From Octopus bimaculoides (Eukaryota): a stretch of DNA of 64,000 nt. The notes below the pieces were generated by a model, which worked only from the letters and a program-made list of their open reading frames with translations, did not search any database and was not told where the DNA came from. Each line of letters starts with the position of its first letter. Within the stretch, counting starts at the first letter, position 1. Positions 1-10,004 of this stretch are shown in pieces. Position numbers and translations under genes: made by a program. The stretch is taken from assembly GCF_001194135.2 (NCBI RefSeq), contig NC_068983.1, positions 96,701,429 through 96,765,428 of the forward strand. Reading direction: 5' to 3'.

Positions 1-236
1 ACAGTGTGACAAGGCTGACCCTTTGAATTACAGGCACAACAGAAACAGGAAGTAAGAGTGAGAGAAAGTTGTAGTGAAAGAGTACAGCAGGGTTCGCCAC
101 CATCCCCTGCCTGAGCCTCGTGGAGCTTTAGGTGTTTTCGCTCAATAAACACTCACAACGCCCGGTCTGGGAATCGAAACCACAATCTTATGACCGCGAG
201 TCCGCTGCTCTAACCACTGGGCCATTGCGCCTCCAC
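1..236 (-). mobile_element. tRNA-derived SINE, family B (head and body; 3' part runs off the window start)
   Basis: Reverse strand begins GTGGAGGCGCAATGGCCCAGTGGTTAGAGCAGCGGACTCGCGGTC...GGTTTCGATTCCC (Pol III A and B boxes, tRNA-like cloverleaf remnant). The body (CCTTTGAATTACAGG) is shared with 11826-12143. Confidence 0.85.
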
Positions 237-1086
237 GTACCACTCATACTTAGTGTGGAATCTTGTCTTTAGAAGCACGTGGAATAACTAAAAACGTAAC
301 TTTGCTTGTTCAAAGTTATAGCATGATTCAGGAGAATGTTAGCTATTAAAAAGTTCAAAAGTAATATTGTTAATACAAATATACATAAAATATCAGCCAC
401 AAAATACATTACATATATATTATATTTTTACCAGGGATTTTTTAAAATCAGCCATGTGACTAACATTACTTTAGCTCCAAACAATGTTGACAATTCTCAC
501 ATCTTGTAAATTGCAATAAAGTTGATAAAAGACAAATAAATATTTGTATAGGTTCTTTTAATTGTAGTACTAGTGATGACTAAATGAAAATTTGGTAAAA
601 ACAAATAATGTAAACGTTGACTATAAAAGTAGTGGTACAGTTTTTGACACTTTCGTATATGAAAATCTCATTAACATGCCTTTCGCTCCGCTCTATATAA
701 TGCAATACTCCTGTAGACCAAACAAAACAGCATTCTAGGCTTGAGTTTTAAAAACTATATTATATTTAATATTCTAGTGGAAACTTATCAAAATGACAAT
801 CTAGATTCTTTTCGAAAGAGCGAAAATGGAATCACTTATCGCATCCACTAAATAAATAACCCAAAGATGCTACTACGAAGAAAAATAAAATGGCTAAGTT
901 AAATAACAATTTTTCACTACATACAAGATGGCGCCTCGGAGTCATTCTTAAAACTTTTCTATTTTCTATGTCAAACCAACGAACAAGCTTGTGCATATCC
1001 TGAGCAATACTCGCATCATTATTTCGTCAAGTACGTCGAAGTCTATGCTTTGTTGAAATATATCTGGTCTCTTATCGTACTGAGAT

Positions 1087-1288
1087 AATCCTTTCTACTA
1101 TAGACACAAAGCCTGAAATTGGAGGTAGGGTGATAGTCGATAACTTCGACTTGAGTACTCAACTGGTACTTATTTTATCGATCGCGAAAGGATGAAAGGC
1201 AATGTCAACCTCGGTGGAATTTGTACTTACAACATAAAAACGAACGAAATGCTGATAAGCATTTTTCCTGCCGCAGTCAGCTTGCCGT
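1087..1288 (-). mobile_element. tRNA-derived SINE family A, copy 1 of a tandem triplet
   Basis: Reverse complement matches the most intact copy at 34353-34567 (GGCGGCGAGCTGGCAG head; CTTTCATCCTTTCG core; AGTAGAAAGGATT tail). Confidence 0.85.
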
Positions 1289-1310
1289 TTTAATAATGAT
1301 TTCAAATTTT

Positions 1311-1445
1311 GGCACAAGGCCAGCATTTTCGGGAGAGGTAGATAAAATAAGTACTCGAGTTGTACTTATTTTATCGACCCCGAAAGGGGACTCGGCGCAA
1401 TTTGAACTCAGAAATGCCGCTAAGCATTTCGCCAAGCTCACTGCT
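1311..1445 (-). mobile_element. SINE family A, copy 2 (internally deleted)
   Basis: GGCACAAGGCC...AGTACTTATTTTATCGACCCCGAAAGG...TTTGAACTCAG...GCCAAGCTCACTGC; same modules as copies 1 and 3. Confidence 0.8.
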
Positions 1446-1448
1446 TTA

Positions 1449-1450
<2 letters not shown>

Positions 1451-1511
<61 letters not shown>
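1451..1511. repeat. (AAT)n microsatellite between SINE-A copies
   Basis: About 20 perfect AAT units, read directly. Confidence 0.98.
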
Positions 1512-1693
1512 TTCCATTCTACTAAAGGTTCAAGGCCTGAAATTTGAGGAGAGGGGACTAGTCGATTACATCGACCCCAGTGTTTCACTGGTATTTAATT
1601 TATTGACCCAGGAAGGACGAAAGAGAGAGTCGACGGGCGAAATACTACTAAGCATTTCGTCTAGCGTGCTAACAATTCTGCCAGCTCACCGCC
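1511..1693 (-). mobile_element. SINE family A, copy 3
   Basis: TTCTACTAAAGG...AGTCGATTACATCGACCCCAG...CTAACAATTCTGCCAGCTCACCGCC; head abuts (TAA)n. Confidence 0.85.

Positions 1694-1694
<1 letters not shown>

Positions 1695-1753
<59 letters not shown>
1695..1753. repeat. (TAA)n microsatellite, left flank of the Dong element
   Basis: About 19 perfect TAA units. Confidence 0.98.
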
Positions 1754-2563
1754 TTTACCCTACATGGTAAATACTGGGCTAAACTAAATGCGAANNNNNN
1801 NNNNNNNNNNNNNNNNNNNNNNNNNNNNNNNNNNNNNNNNNNNNNNNNNNNNNNNNNNNNNNNNNNNNNNNNNNNNNNNNNNNNNNNNNNNNNNNNNNNN
1901 NNNNNNNNNNNNNNNNNNNNNNNNNNNNNNNNNNNNNNNNNNNNNNNNNNNNNNNNNNNNNNNNNNNNNNNNNNNNNNNNNNNNNNNNNNNNNNNNNNNN
2001 NNNNNNNNNNNNNNNNNNNNNNNNNNNNNNNNNNNNNNNNNNNNNNNNNNNNNNNNNNNNNNNNNNNNNNNNNNNNNNNNNNNNNNNNNNNNNNNNNNNN
2101 NNNNNNNNNNNNNNNNNNNNNNNNNNNNNNNNNNNNNNNNNNNNNNNNNNNNNNNNNNNNNNNNNNNNNNNNNNNNNNNNNNNNNNNNNNNNNNNNNNNN
2201 NNNNNNNNNNNNNNNNNNNNNNNNNNNNNNNNNNNNNNNNNNNNNNNNNNNNNNNNNNNNNNNNNNNNNNNNNNNNNNNNNNAGAAACAATTCCTATCAT
2301 AGTAGGTGCCTTAGGTATAATAAAAAAATACTCAGACAAATACATAACAAAAATACCAGGACTTACAAATATATGTAACATACAGAAAATTGCACTACTG
2401 GGTACTGCACACATCCTACGCAAAACACTTTCAATACAGTAAACATAAAAGCACCACAGCAAACCACAGCACATACCCAAGGCGCACAGAGCTGCGCTCG
2501 GTAGTGAAGTGAAAGCACGTTATAAAAATAAAACTACTGAACAATAATAATAATAATAATAAT
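1754..2563 (+). mobile_element. 5'-truncated Dong/R4-clade non-LTR retrotransposon spanning an assembly gap, with 3' UTR and (AAT)7 tail
   Basis: Before the gap, 1760-1792 translates LHGKYWAKLNA (the LHG.Y motif seen upstream of the CCHC/RLE region in R4/Dong proteins). After the gap, 2284-2442 translates ETIPIIVGALGIIKK...IQKIALLGTAHILRKTLSIQ*, a typical R4/Dong C-terminus. A 3' UTR hairpin GCGCA-CAGAGC-TGCGC and an (AAT)7 tail follow. Confidence 0.85.
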
Positions 2564-2958
2564 AGTTCCTTTTATTAGCTACAGGAGCGTAGATGACGGG
2601 GACATCACATGGACAGACCACAATTTGTGTGGGGATTTACATAAAGGATGGGGAGAAAGAAATGGAAACGGCGAATTGCGATAAAAGTACACATTGTATA
2701 CAAAATATGTGATAGCATGAATTATGCAGTCCTCCTGTTACAGGATAGACTACAGCTAGGATCAATCAAGGAACCTCACAGGTCCAGACACACTGAAGTC
2801 ACGAGACCTCTCTTACGCTCTCTAATCTACAGGCACATACTTAGAGTAGAGCTATTCACCCTAACCATTTTTGTCGCGGTCACCCATCTTTTCATAAATT
2901 CAGTGGGTGATAGAGTTTTCCTCTTCAACCCTTTTTTCCTTTCAAATTGAAACTTAAA
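2564..2958 (-). mobile_element. 3' end of an L1/Tx1-type LINE (ORF2 C-terminus, 3' UTR, AATAAA, (ATT)n tail)
   Basis: Minus strand reads FKFQFERKKGLKRKTLSPTEFMKRWVTATKMVRVNSSTLSMCL* (stop at 2827-2829), then about 260 nt of UTR ending GCTAATAAAAGGAACT(ATT)7. Clade assignment is from recalled similarity to Tx1-like C-termini. Confidence 0.6.
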
Positions 2959-2964
2959 AAAAGA

Positions 2965-3201
2965 TGAAGGTTCCATGAAATGTTTTGATTTAAATGTATG
3001 TATTGCAAGACACAGCTAGGTTTCTTTCGTCAACATTTTGCATGGTTCAACCTACACGAGTTTATGAGTTAATAACAAAATAGGAATTTTGAAAGAAGTA
3101 TCTAGAAAATTAGTTTTTAACCATCGAATGGCTATAGGAGTGCATCAGAATAGAATAGTAAACAAAGTGGTCCATAGGTAAAACATGGTTGAGGATCACT
3201 A
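2965..3201 (+). mobile_element. hAT MITE, 5'-truncated copy (family of 14391-14718 and 28380-28829)
   Basis: Shares internal sequence (GTTCAACCTACACGAG, CATCGAATGGCTAT) and a right TIR GGTTGAGGATCACTA, followed by TACTAGAG. Confidence 0.75.
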
Positions 3202-3349
3202 TACTAGAGAGAAGAACATCACCTGCCATGCCTTGTTATAGGTGAATGGTGGGGCGATCCTCACGATAGAATCGGCCGATAGTCGGATTCATCTGACTCA
3301 CGATAACAGCTGTTCGGCCTAACTCGGCAGTACTCGGAAACTGAACGAA

Positions 3350-3490
3350 TGCCTGTTGAACGCTCCTTCGTTTCTGGTTCAGTCCAATAGCGCAGCAATT
3401 TGGTCAAGTGTCTTTTACTGTAGCTTTGGGCTGACCAATGCCTTGTGAGTGAATTTGGGAGACGGAAACTCTGTGAAAGCCCGCCGTATG
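3350..3490 (+). mobile_element. SINE family C, diverged 5' half
   Basis: GGTTCAGTCC...TTGGTCAAGTGTCTTTTACTGTAGC...GCCTTGTGAGTGAATTTGGGAGACGGAAAC aligns by eye to 40055-40210. Confidence 0.7.
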
Positions 3491-5649
3491 CACACATGCA
3501 AACACACAGACGCTCACACACATATATGAAGACTGAAAAATTTGTCTGGCACTTTATTTTATGATCCTGAACGGAAGAAAAGCGAAGTTGACCAGGAGGT
3601 ATTTGAACTCAGAGCATAAAGAACCGGAAGAAATAACGACTCATTTTGAGTTAGAGTCAATACTGAAGGAAGCCTAACCGACGTTCTGAACATGCTTCAA
3701 ATCTAATGTCCTTTAAATGTGATATTAATTAGTGCATAATTAAGGTTTTCAGGGCTGCAGGTTACTCGATGCCATCGAGGTAGTACTTTATTGGTACTTT
3801 GTTTAATCTGAAAATAATGAAGACAATGTACTCACTTTCCATCCGCTAAATTCCATTGAAAAGTGTCGATGAACACGATGCTTATGGTAGGAAACATTTG
3901 CCCAGTGTGTCACGCGATTTGATGGAATCAAGAAGGCCATCATTGTGAAACAATATTTGCAACACACGCAAGCGCGCATACTGCTATGCGTGTGGCTATG
4001 GTATAAATCAATTAAAACGATGAAAGACAAAGTCAACTCTGATGATATTTGAACTCACAGCGTAAAGGTTAAATGCTGAAATAGTAAATATAAGCAACAA
4101 TCGGTAGAAACTAATTATGGTTAGCCCCAATAAATGAAAAGAAAGAAAATGAAAATTGATAAAATTCGTAAAATGAGATAAAGAGCCAAGCCCAATGGCG
4201 TCAGAATTCACATCTTTTTCTCACTGCATATCTAATTATCTTATTTTATTAAATGCTGTACAGCATGTAAAATATTTAGTCAGATGATGTTTGTTTTCTG
4301 CCAAATTCACTGTCCTTCGTCTCGACCACATACTGTTTTTCATGTAAGCAACATGATCATTCCCATCATTAAGAAGAACGACAGCGACCGCACAAACACG
4401 ATACATATACATACATATACAGTAATATATTCAAGTATATAATCTGTACGGGCTCAGAGCACATATACAAATACGCGAGCAAAACAAAACATAGCCGTCA
4501 ACGTCACTGCTACAAATATATCTACACATAACGCAGTCTTACAACACACACAAGCACAAACACATAAAGAGTCACATAACCATACTCATACACATGACAT
4601 ACATACCAGTCCCTAGCACCCTCCTCTCATACACTTCATGTACTTTTTCTACAGCAATGGCAAGAAGAGCAACAATGAACAAACAATGGCGGACAGAAAG
4701 ATGATGAAATGTATAAAATAGAATAACAATATAAACAGTGACAATTTTTTTTTTTTTAGGGAGAGTTAGAGAAGAATAGAGAGGGAGAAACAGAGAGAGA
4801 GAGAGGAAGAGAGCAAAAACGATAGGAAGAAAGAGACAAAGTGATACGACACAGAAGTGGTGTGACACACGGAAACAACGGACAAGAAAAGAGAGGAAAA
4901 ATAAAAGCAAGAGAACGAGAAGGTGATTGACAAAAGTAATGGGTAGATAGTGAGAAAAAGAGACAAACAGAAGCGTAGAGAGAGAGAGAGTGAGAGAGAG
5001 AGAGAGAGTGAGAGAGGGTATATGCATATGTGTATATATATNNNNNNNNNNNNNNNNNNNNNNNNNNNNNNNNNNNNNNNNNNNNNNNNNNNNNNNNNNN
5101 NNNNNNNNNNNNNNNNNNNNNNNNNNNNNNNNNNNNNNNNNNNNNNNNNNNNNNNNNNNNNNNNNNNNNNNNNNNNNNNNNNNNNNNNNNNNNNNNNNNN
5201 NNNNNNNNNNNNNNNNNNNNNNNNNNNNNNNNNNNNNNNNNNNNNNNNNNNNNNNNNNNNNNNNNNNNNNNNNNNNNNNNNNNNNNNNNNNNNNNNNNNN
5301 NNNNNNNNNNNNNNNNNNNNNNNNNNNNNNNNNNNNNNNNNNNNNNNNNNNNNNNNNNNNNNNNNNNNNNNNNNNNNNNNNNNNNNNNNNNNNNNNNNNN
5401 NNNNNNNNNNNNNNNNNNNNNNNNNNNNNNNNNNNNNNNNNNNNNNNNNNNNNNNNNNNNNNNNNNNNNNNNNNNNNNNNNNNNNNNNNNNNNNNNNNNN
5501 NNNNNNNNNNNNNNNNNNNNNNNNNNNNNNNNNNNNNNNNNNNNNNNNNNNNNNNNNNNNNNNNNNNNNNNNNNNNNNNNNNNNNNNNNNNNNNNNNNNN
5601 NNNNNNNNNNNNNNNNNNNNNNNNNNNNNNNNNNNNNNNNNNNNNNNNN

Positions 5650-5690
<41 letters not shown>

Positions 5691-5693
5691 GTG

Positions 5694-5794
5694 GAATCAA
5701 CAGAGTGACTCAAGAGCCGAGAGTTCGGTGCGTTGGCGCTTATCAAAATATGAAACGCACAAAACGTTCGGTCCTTGTGTCACTCTGTTGCTTC
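5694..5794. mobile_element. About 100-bp hairpin / MITE-like element
   Basis: CAACAGAGTGACTCAAGAGCCGA is inverted to TCGGTCCTTGTGTCACTCTGTTG, with inner GTGCGTT/AACGCAC pairing. The right-arm sequence recurs at 54212-54231. Confidence 0.55.
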
Positions 5795-6436
5795 TGTTGT
5801 AGTTCCATCAAGACCATGCTCATCGTGGATCTAGTCTTTTTCATTCGCAAAATGAGCCCCCTTTAATTTTGCTGAGATTGCTTTCAATTTTGGTGCATTG
5901 ATGCAACTCTGAATTTTGATTACGAACCGATAATTTTATCTCGTAAATTAAAGAATCTGATGGTATTTAGAATTAAAGTTGGGAAATTTGGGTAATTTTA
6001 GCCAATCAACACACAGCGAGGCATTAACAGCTTGTTACTATGACAACCGCACATTGTTTTGTGCTTCACCCGCATGTTCTATTGATTCTTCACATCATGA
6101 GATTTACTTTATCCTTGTGTTTTATTTTAATAAAAAATTACATTTATCAATTAGAATTTTATTATAGATATTTTTCGCCAATTGTCTTAATGTTTTACAT
6201 ATTTTTCATATAAAGCAAAAGTTGTTTGCCATGTTTATACAGTTTCTTGGCATTATGGAGGTGAATGGAATATGTGAACTTAGTACAAATAATTTGACAT
6301 TATTTTCGAATTCTGCATGCAAAACATATAAGTTACAGGTATCCTTTTTCTTGGGACAAATTCTTTGTTGACCAGTGTTATTCTCATCGTAGATTACAAA
6401 TCCAAGCATGAAAATGTTACTCAACTTTGAAGTTTT

Positions 6437-6438
<2 letters not shown>

Positions 6439-6506
<68 letters not shown>
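6439..6506. repeat. (CA)n microsatellite
   Basis: Perfect run of about 34 units. Confidence 0.98.
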
Positions 6507-6508
<2 letters not shown>

Positions 6509-6975
6509 ATATATTAATGATGTACATAAATACATGACAGGTAATCATAAAACTGAAATGTGCATAAAGTAAACACATGCAAACAAATATATTATTACAA
6601 TAAAAAAAATAACATACAATCAATGAGGAGACAAACGAAACAGTAAGATGATACATATTGATTTTATGAGGTATTTCTTTTTATTTAAGAAGCCTACAAT
6701 AAAGAGGTCATTTCATAGACGCTAAATAATAAATTTCACAGGGTACAACCTTAAAGTTGACACCGCCCGCAAAACGCAGAAAATTTCTGTTTCGCTATTG
6801 GCTATAAATACAGTTTTTTCGATTTTTAAACCTCTGTAACCTGTTCCTTCAATTTTTTCTCCACATCATACCTTCATAGTAATTAGACTGGAAAACTTGA
6901 TTATCATAGTCGATTTTCAGATTTCTTTTACTGTCTTTTAAAAAATATATATTTTGCGAATGAAAAAAAAAAAGA

Positions 6976-7508
6976 TCTCTTATCGTTCTTTTTAGACATC
7001 TGCAGTATTGTGCATTGAGAATTTGTCCCCCAGGGCCAAACTATCAATCGAGAGTTCTACTGTGAAGTTTTGAGACAGTTTGAAGGAAGACATTCGGCGA
7101 AAGTGACCGGATCTGTGGAGAGCGAAAATCGGATTCTTCTGGACGACAATGCATCCTGTCACTGAGTTCTCTTCACTCATGAGTTTCTCGCCAAAAACAA
7201 TATCGTATCGCTTCTGCAGCCGCTCTATTCGCTAGATTTAGTATCTGCGAACTTCCATCTCTTTCCCAAGATGAAAATGGCGGCTCAAAAGTCGCCGTTT
7301 CAACACCATTGTCGTGATCAAGAGCAAATCCCGGAAGATCCTTGAGTCACAGAAAACAACTTCCAAATCGGATTCCAAAGGTGGCAGAAACGCTGGGATC
7401 GGTGTACTGCTGCGCAAGGCCACTATTTCGAAGGGGACGATGTTAAAACTTAAGTAATTACTTTACTTTAAAGCATAGTTAGTCCGGGAATTTTTTGATA
7501 CCATCTCG
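6976..7508 (+). mobile_element. mariner (DD34D-type) transposon, 3' half with right TIR; pseudogenised transposase
   Basis: Translates FLDICSIVH*EFVPQGQTINREFYCEVLRQ...ILLDDNASCH*...LYSLDLVSANFHLFPKMK...FQRWQKRWDRCTAAQGHYFEGD, with 34 residues between D and the position of the third D (mutated to N). Right TIR GTCCGGGAATTTTTTGATACCATCTCG is followed by TA. Confidence 0.88.
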
Positions 7509-7798
7509 TATTTATCACCCAGTTAACTGATTCTATCAATCCCGGTTAACTCCAAACTTGAGCTAAAAGTTTCTAGACTTAAACTATACATCTTCCACAT
7601 CCTTTAAAACCAGTCAAATACATCACCAAACCTTTCTCAATTGCAATGCCTTACATGGTATTCATGGTGTCCACTGGCACCCAAACATTTCAATCCGGTG
7701 TTTATTGCTGGCTTCTATTCTTTTAATCAGAATGCATGTCACTGATAGTATCATCTTAAGCCTTAATGGTAACTTTGATGAGCGGGAGTGGAGATATA

Positions 7799-7955
7799 AA
7801 TCCTTTCTACTATAGGCACAAAGCCTGAAATTTGGGTGGACTGGAATTTGGAGGGACTGGAATTTGGAGGGACTGGAATTTGGAGGGACGAGTCGATTAC
7901 ATCCACACCGGTGTTCAATTGGTACTTATTTTATCGACACCGAAAATTTGAAAGT
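7799..7955 (-). mobile_element. SINE family A, 3' half, with an internal 16-bp triplication
   Basis: AATCCTTTCTACTATAGGCACAAAGCCTGAAATTT...AGTCGATTACAT...GGTACTTATTTTATCGAC; (GACTGGAATTTGGAGG)x3 at 7839-7886. Confidence 0.85.
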
Positions 7956-8067
7956 ATCTCCAAATCTACATAGACGAGCCAGCCCATCATCTTCCCTCAC
8001 GGATTACCATGTGCGTCGCTGGCGGTACCGCAGAAAATCTGTGGTTTACTATCCGGGAGTGAATAAT

Positions 8068-8298
8068 TTATTATTACAATTAAAAGGGTAAAGGATTATC
8101 AATTTATTAATAAATTAATAATTAATAATTTTTACCAAGCCCTGCTGAACCCTTAATTTTGTTTATAAATGTATAAGAACTTTTAAATAAGTTCCACTCC
8201 GATAATGGTGCTTACATACCGAAGGGCTTGGTAAAAATTATTAATTATTAATTTATTAATAAATTGATAATCCTTTACCCTTTTAATTGTAATAATAA
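8068..8298. repeat. Perfect 76-bp inverted repeat with 79-bp spacer (fold-back element)
   Basis: 8068-8143 is the exact reverse complement of 8223-8298 (checked base by base). Confidence 0.95.
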
Positions 8299-8307
8299 TA
8301 TATATAT

Positions 8308-8460
8308 AGTGCACTTCATATTCGAGGCTCCGATAAAGCTATAAGGCATTATTCAGGCGCTAAACTATGAGCGCACTGCATTTATAGCAGAAACAGCTGT
8401 AAGCTAATGAAGTTCATAATATAATCGATGTTTCTTTTGTCATCTCATTTTGCTATTATA
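8308..8460 (+). repeat. Unclassified interspersed repeat, copy 1 (others at 18423-18573 minus and 19275-19350 plus)
   Basis: GCAGAAACAGCTGTAAGCTAATGAAGTTCAT is exact at about 8388 and 19279, with a reverse-complement match at 18.4-18.6 kb extending to GTGCACTTCAT. Confidence 0.8.
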
Positions 8461-8505
8461 TATGTTTGTGTCTTTGTGTGTGTATGTGTGTATACATCAA
8501 TTTGG

Positions 8506-8557
<52 letters not shown>

Positions 8558-8564
8558 ACATACA

Positions 8565-8597
<33 letters not shown>

Positions 8598-9567
8598 CTT
8601 CATGTATATATATATATACATATATANNNNNNNNNNNNNNNNNNNNNNNNNNNNNNNNNNNNNNNNNNNNNNNNNNNNNNNNNNNNNNNNNNNNNNNNNN
8701 NNNNNNNNNNNNNNNNNNNNNNNNNNNNNNNNNNNNNNNNNNNNNNNNNNNNNNNNNNNNNNNNNNNNNNNNNNNNNNNNNNNNNNNNNNNNNNNNNNNN
8801 NNNNNNNNNNNNNNNNNNNNNNNNNNNNNNNNNNNNNNNNNNNNNNNNNNNNNNNNNNNNNNNNNNNNNNNNNNNNNNNNNNNNNNNNNNNNNNNNNNNN
8901 NNNNNNNNNNNNNNNNNNNNNNNNNNNNNNNNNNNNNNNNNNNNNNNNNNNNNNNNNNNNNNNNNNNNNNNNNNNNNNNNNNNNNNNNNNNNNNNNNNNN
9001 NNNNNNNNNNNNNNNNNNNNNNNNNNNNNNNNNNNNNNNNNNNNNNNNNNNNNNNNNNNNNNNNNNNNNNNNNNNNNNNNNNNNNNNNNNNNNNNNNNNN
9101 NNNNNNNNNNNNNNNNNNNNNNNNNNNNNNNNNNNNNNNNNNNNNNNNNNNNNNNNNNNNNNNNNNNNNNNNNNNNNNNNNNNNNNNNNNNNNNNNNNNN
9201 NNNNNNNNNNNNNNNNNNNNNNNNNNNNNNNNNNNNNNNNNNNNNNNNNNNNNNNNNNNNNNNNNNNNNNNNNNNNNNNNNNNNNNNNNNNNNNNNNNNN
9301 NNNNNNNNNNNNNNNNNNNNNNNNNNNNNNNNNNNNNNNNNNNNNNNNNNNNNNNNNNNNNNNNNNNNNNNNNNNNNNNNNNNNNNNNNNNNNNNNNNNN
9401 NNNNNNNNNNNNNNNNNNNNNNNNNNNNNNNNNNNNNNNNNNNNNNNNNNNNNNNNNNNNATATATATATATATATATATAAACAATATATGAGTATATG
9501 CATATATATGTACATGTATGTATATACCTTCATCCACATGTACATATAGATACATAACTGGGTACAC

Positions 9568-9603
<36 letters not shown>

Positions 9604-10004
9604 GAATGCACACACAGGCACACACATATATGTAATTATGTTATTATGGTGAATGTTTGTATATATAATACATATAACATATTGCATCGAGTATTCATTT
9701 GTCAGCTAATATACAGAAGCACCGAATTAGACATTTGCTTAATCTAAGTACTACTGAAATATAATCTTTCACATCACTATTAATAAACAATTAACTGCTA
9801 CATAGAAAAGTGAGCTTAGTTACATCCTTTTACTATCTTCGCTGAACCACATTATTCATTGAACAGTTAACATCTTTTGCAGTTGTAAATTAAATGTGAA
9901 AATGTTAAATTCCACTTGTTAATAAGAAATAAGCTCATAACAGACCATCCATTCACACGTACTCAAATACAATTACATTTACATTTAAATATATTAACCC
10001 TTTA

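Noticed and set aside
1-236. tRNA-like sequence as a genuine tRNA gene (also the heads at 12143, 34353 and 40055)
   Set aside because: Degenerate cloverleaf continuing directly into multicopy SINE bodies.
3660-3690. CTGAAGGAAGCCTAACCGACGTT as a hammerhead core
   Set aside because: Lacks GAAA and a pairable stem II; too degenerate.
4500-5040. 151-aa minus ORF (4572-5027) as a membrane protein; similar purine-rich tracts at 19070-19309 and 37680-38940
   Set aside because: Degenerate AG-rich low-complexity DNA produces L/S/F-rich antisense frames.
6738-6770. CAGGGTACAACCTTAAAGTTGACACC as the left TIR of the downstream mariner
   Set aside because: Does not match the right TIR at 7482-7508, and no inverted partner was found.
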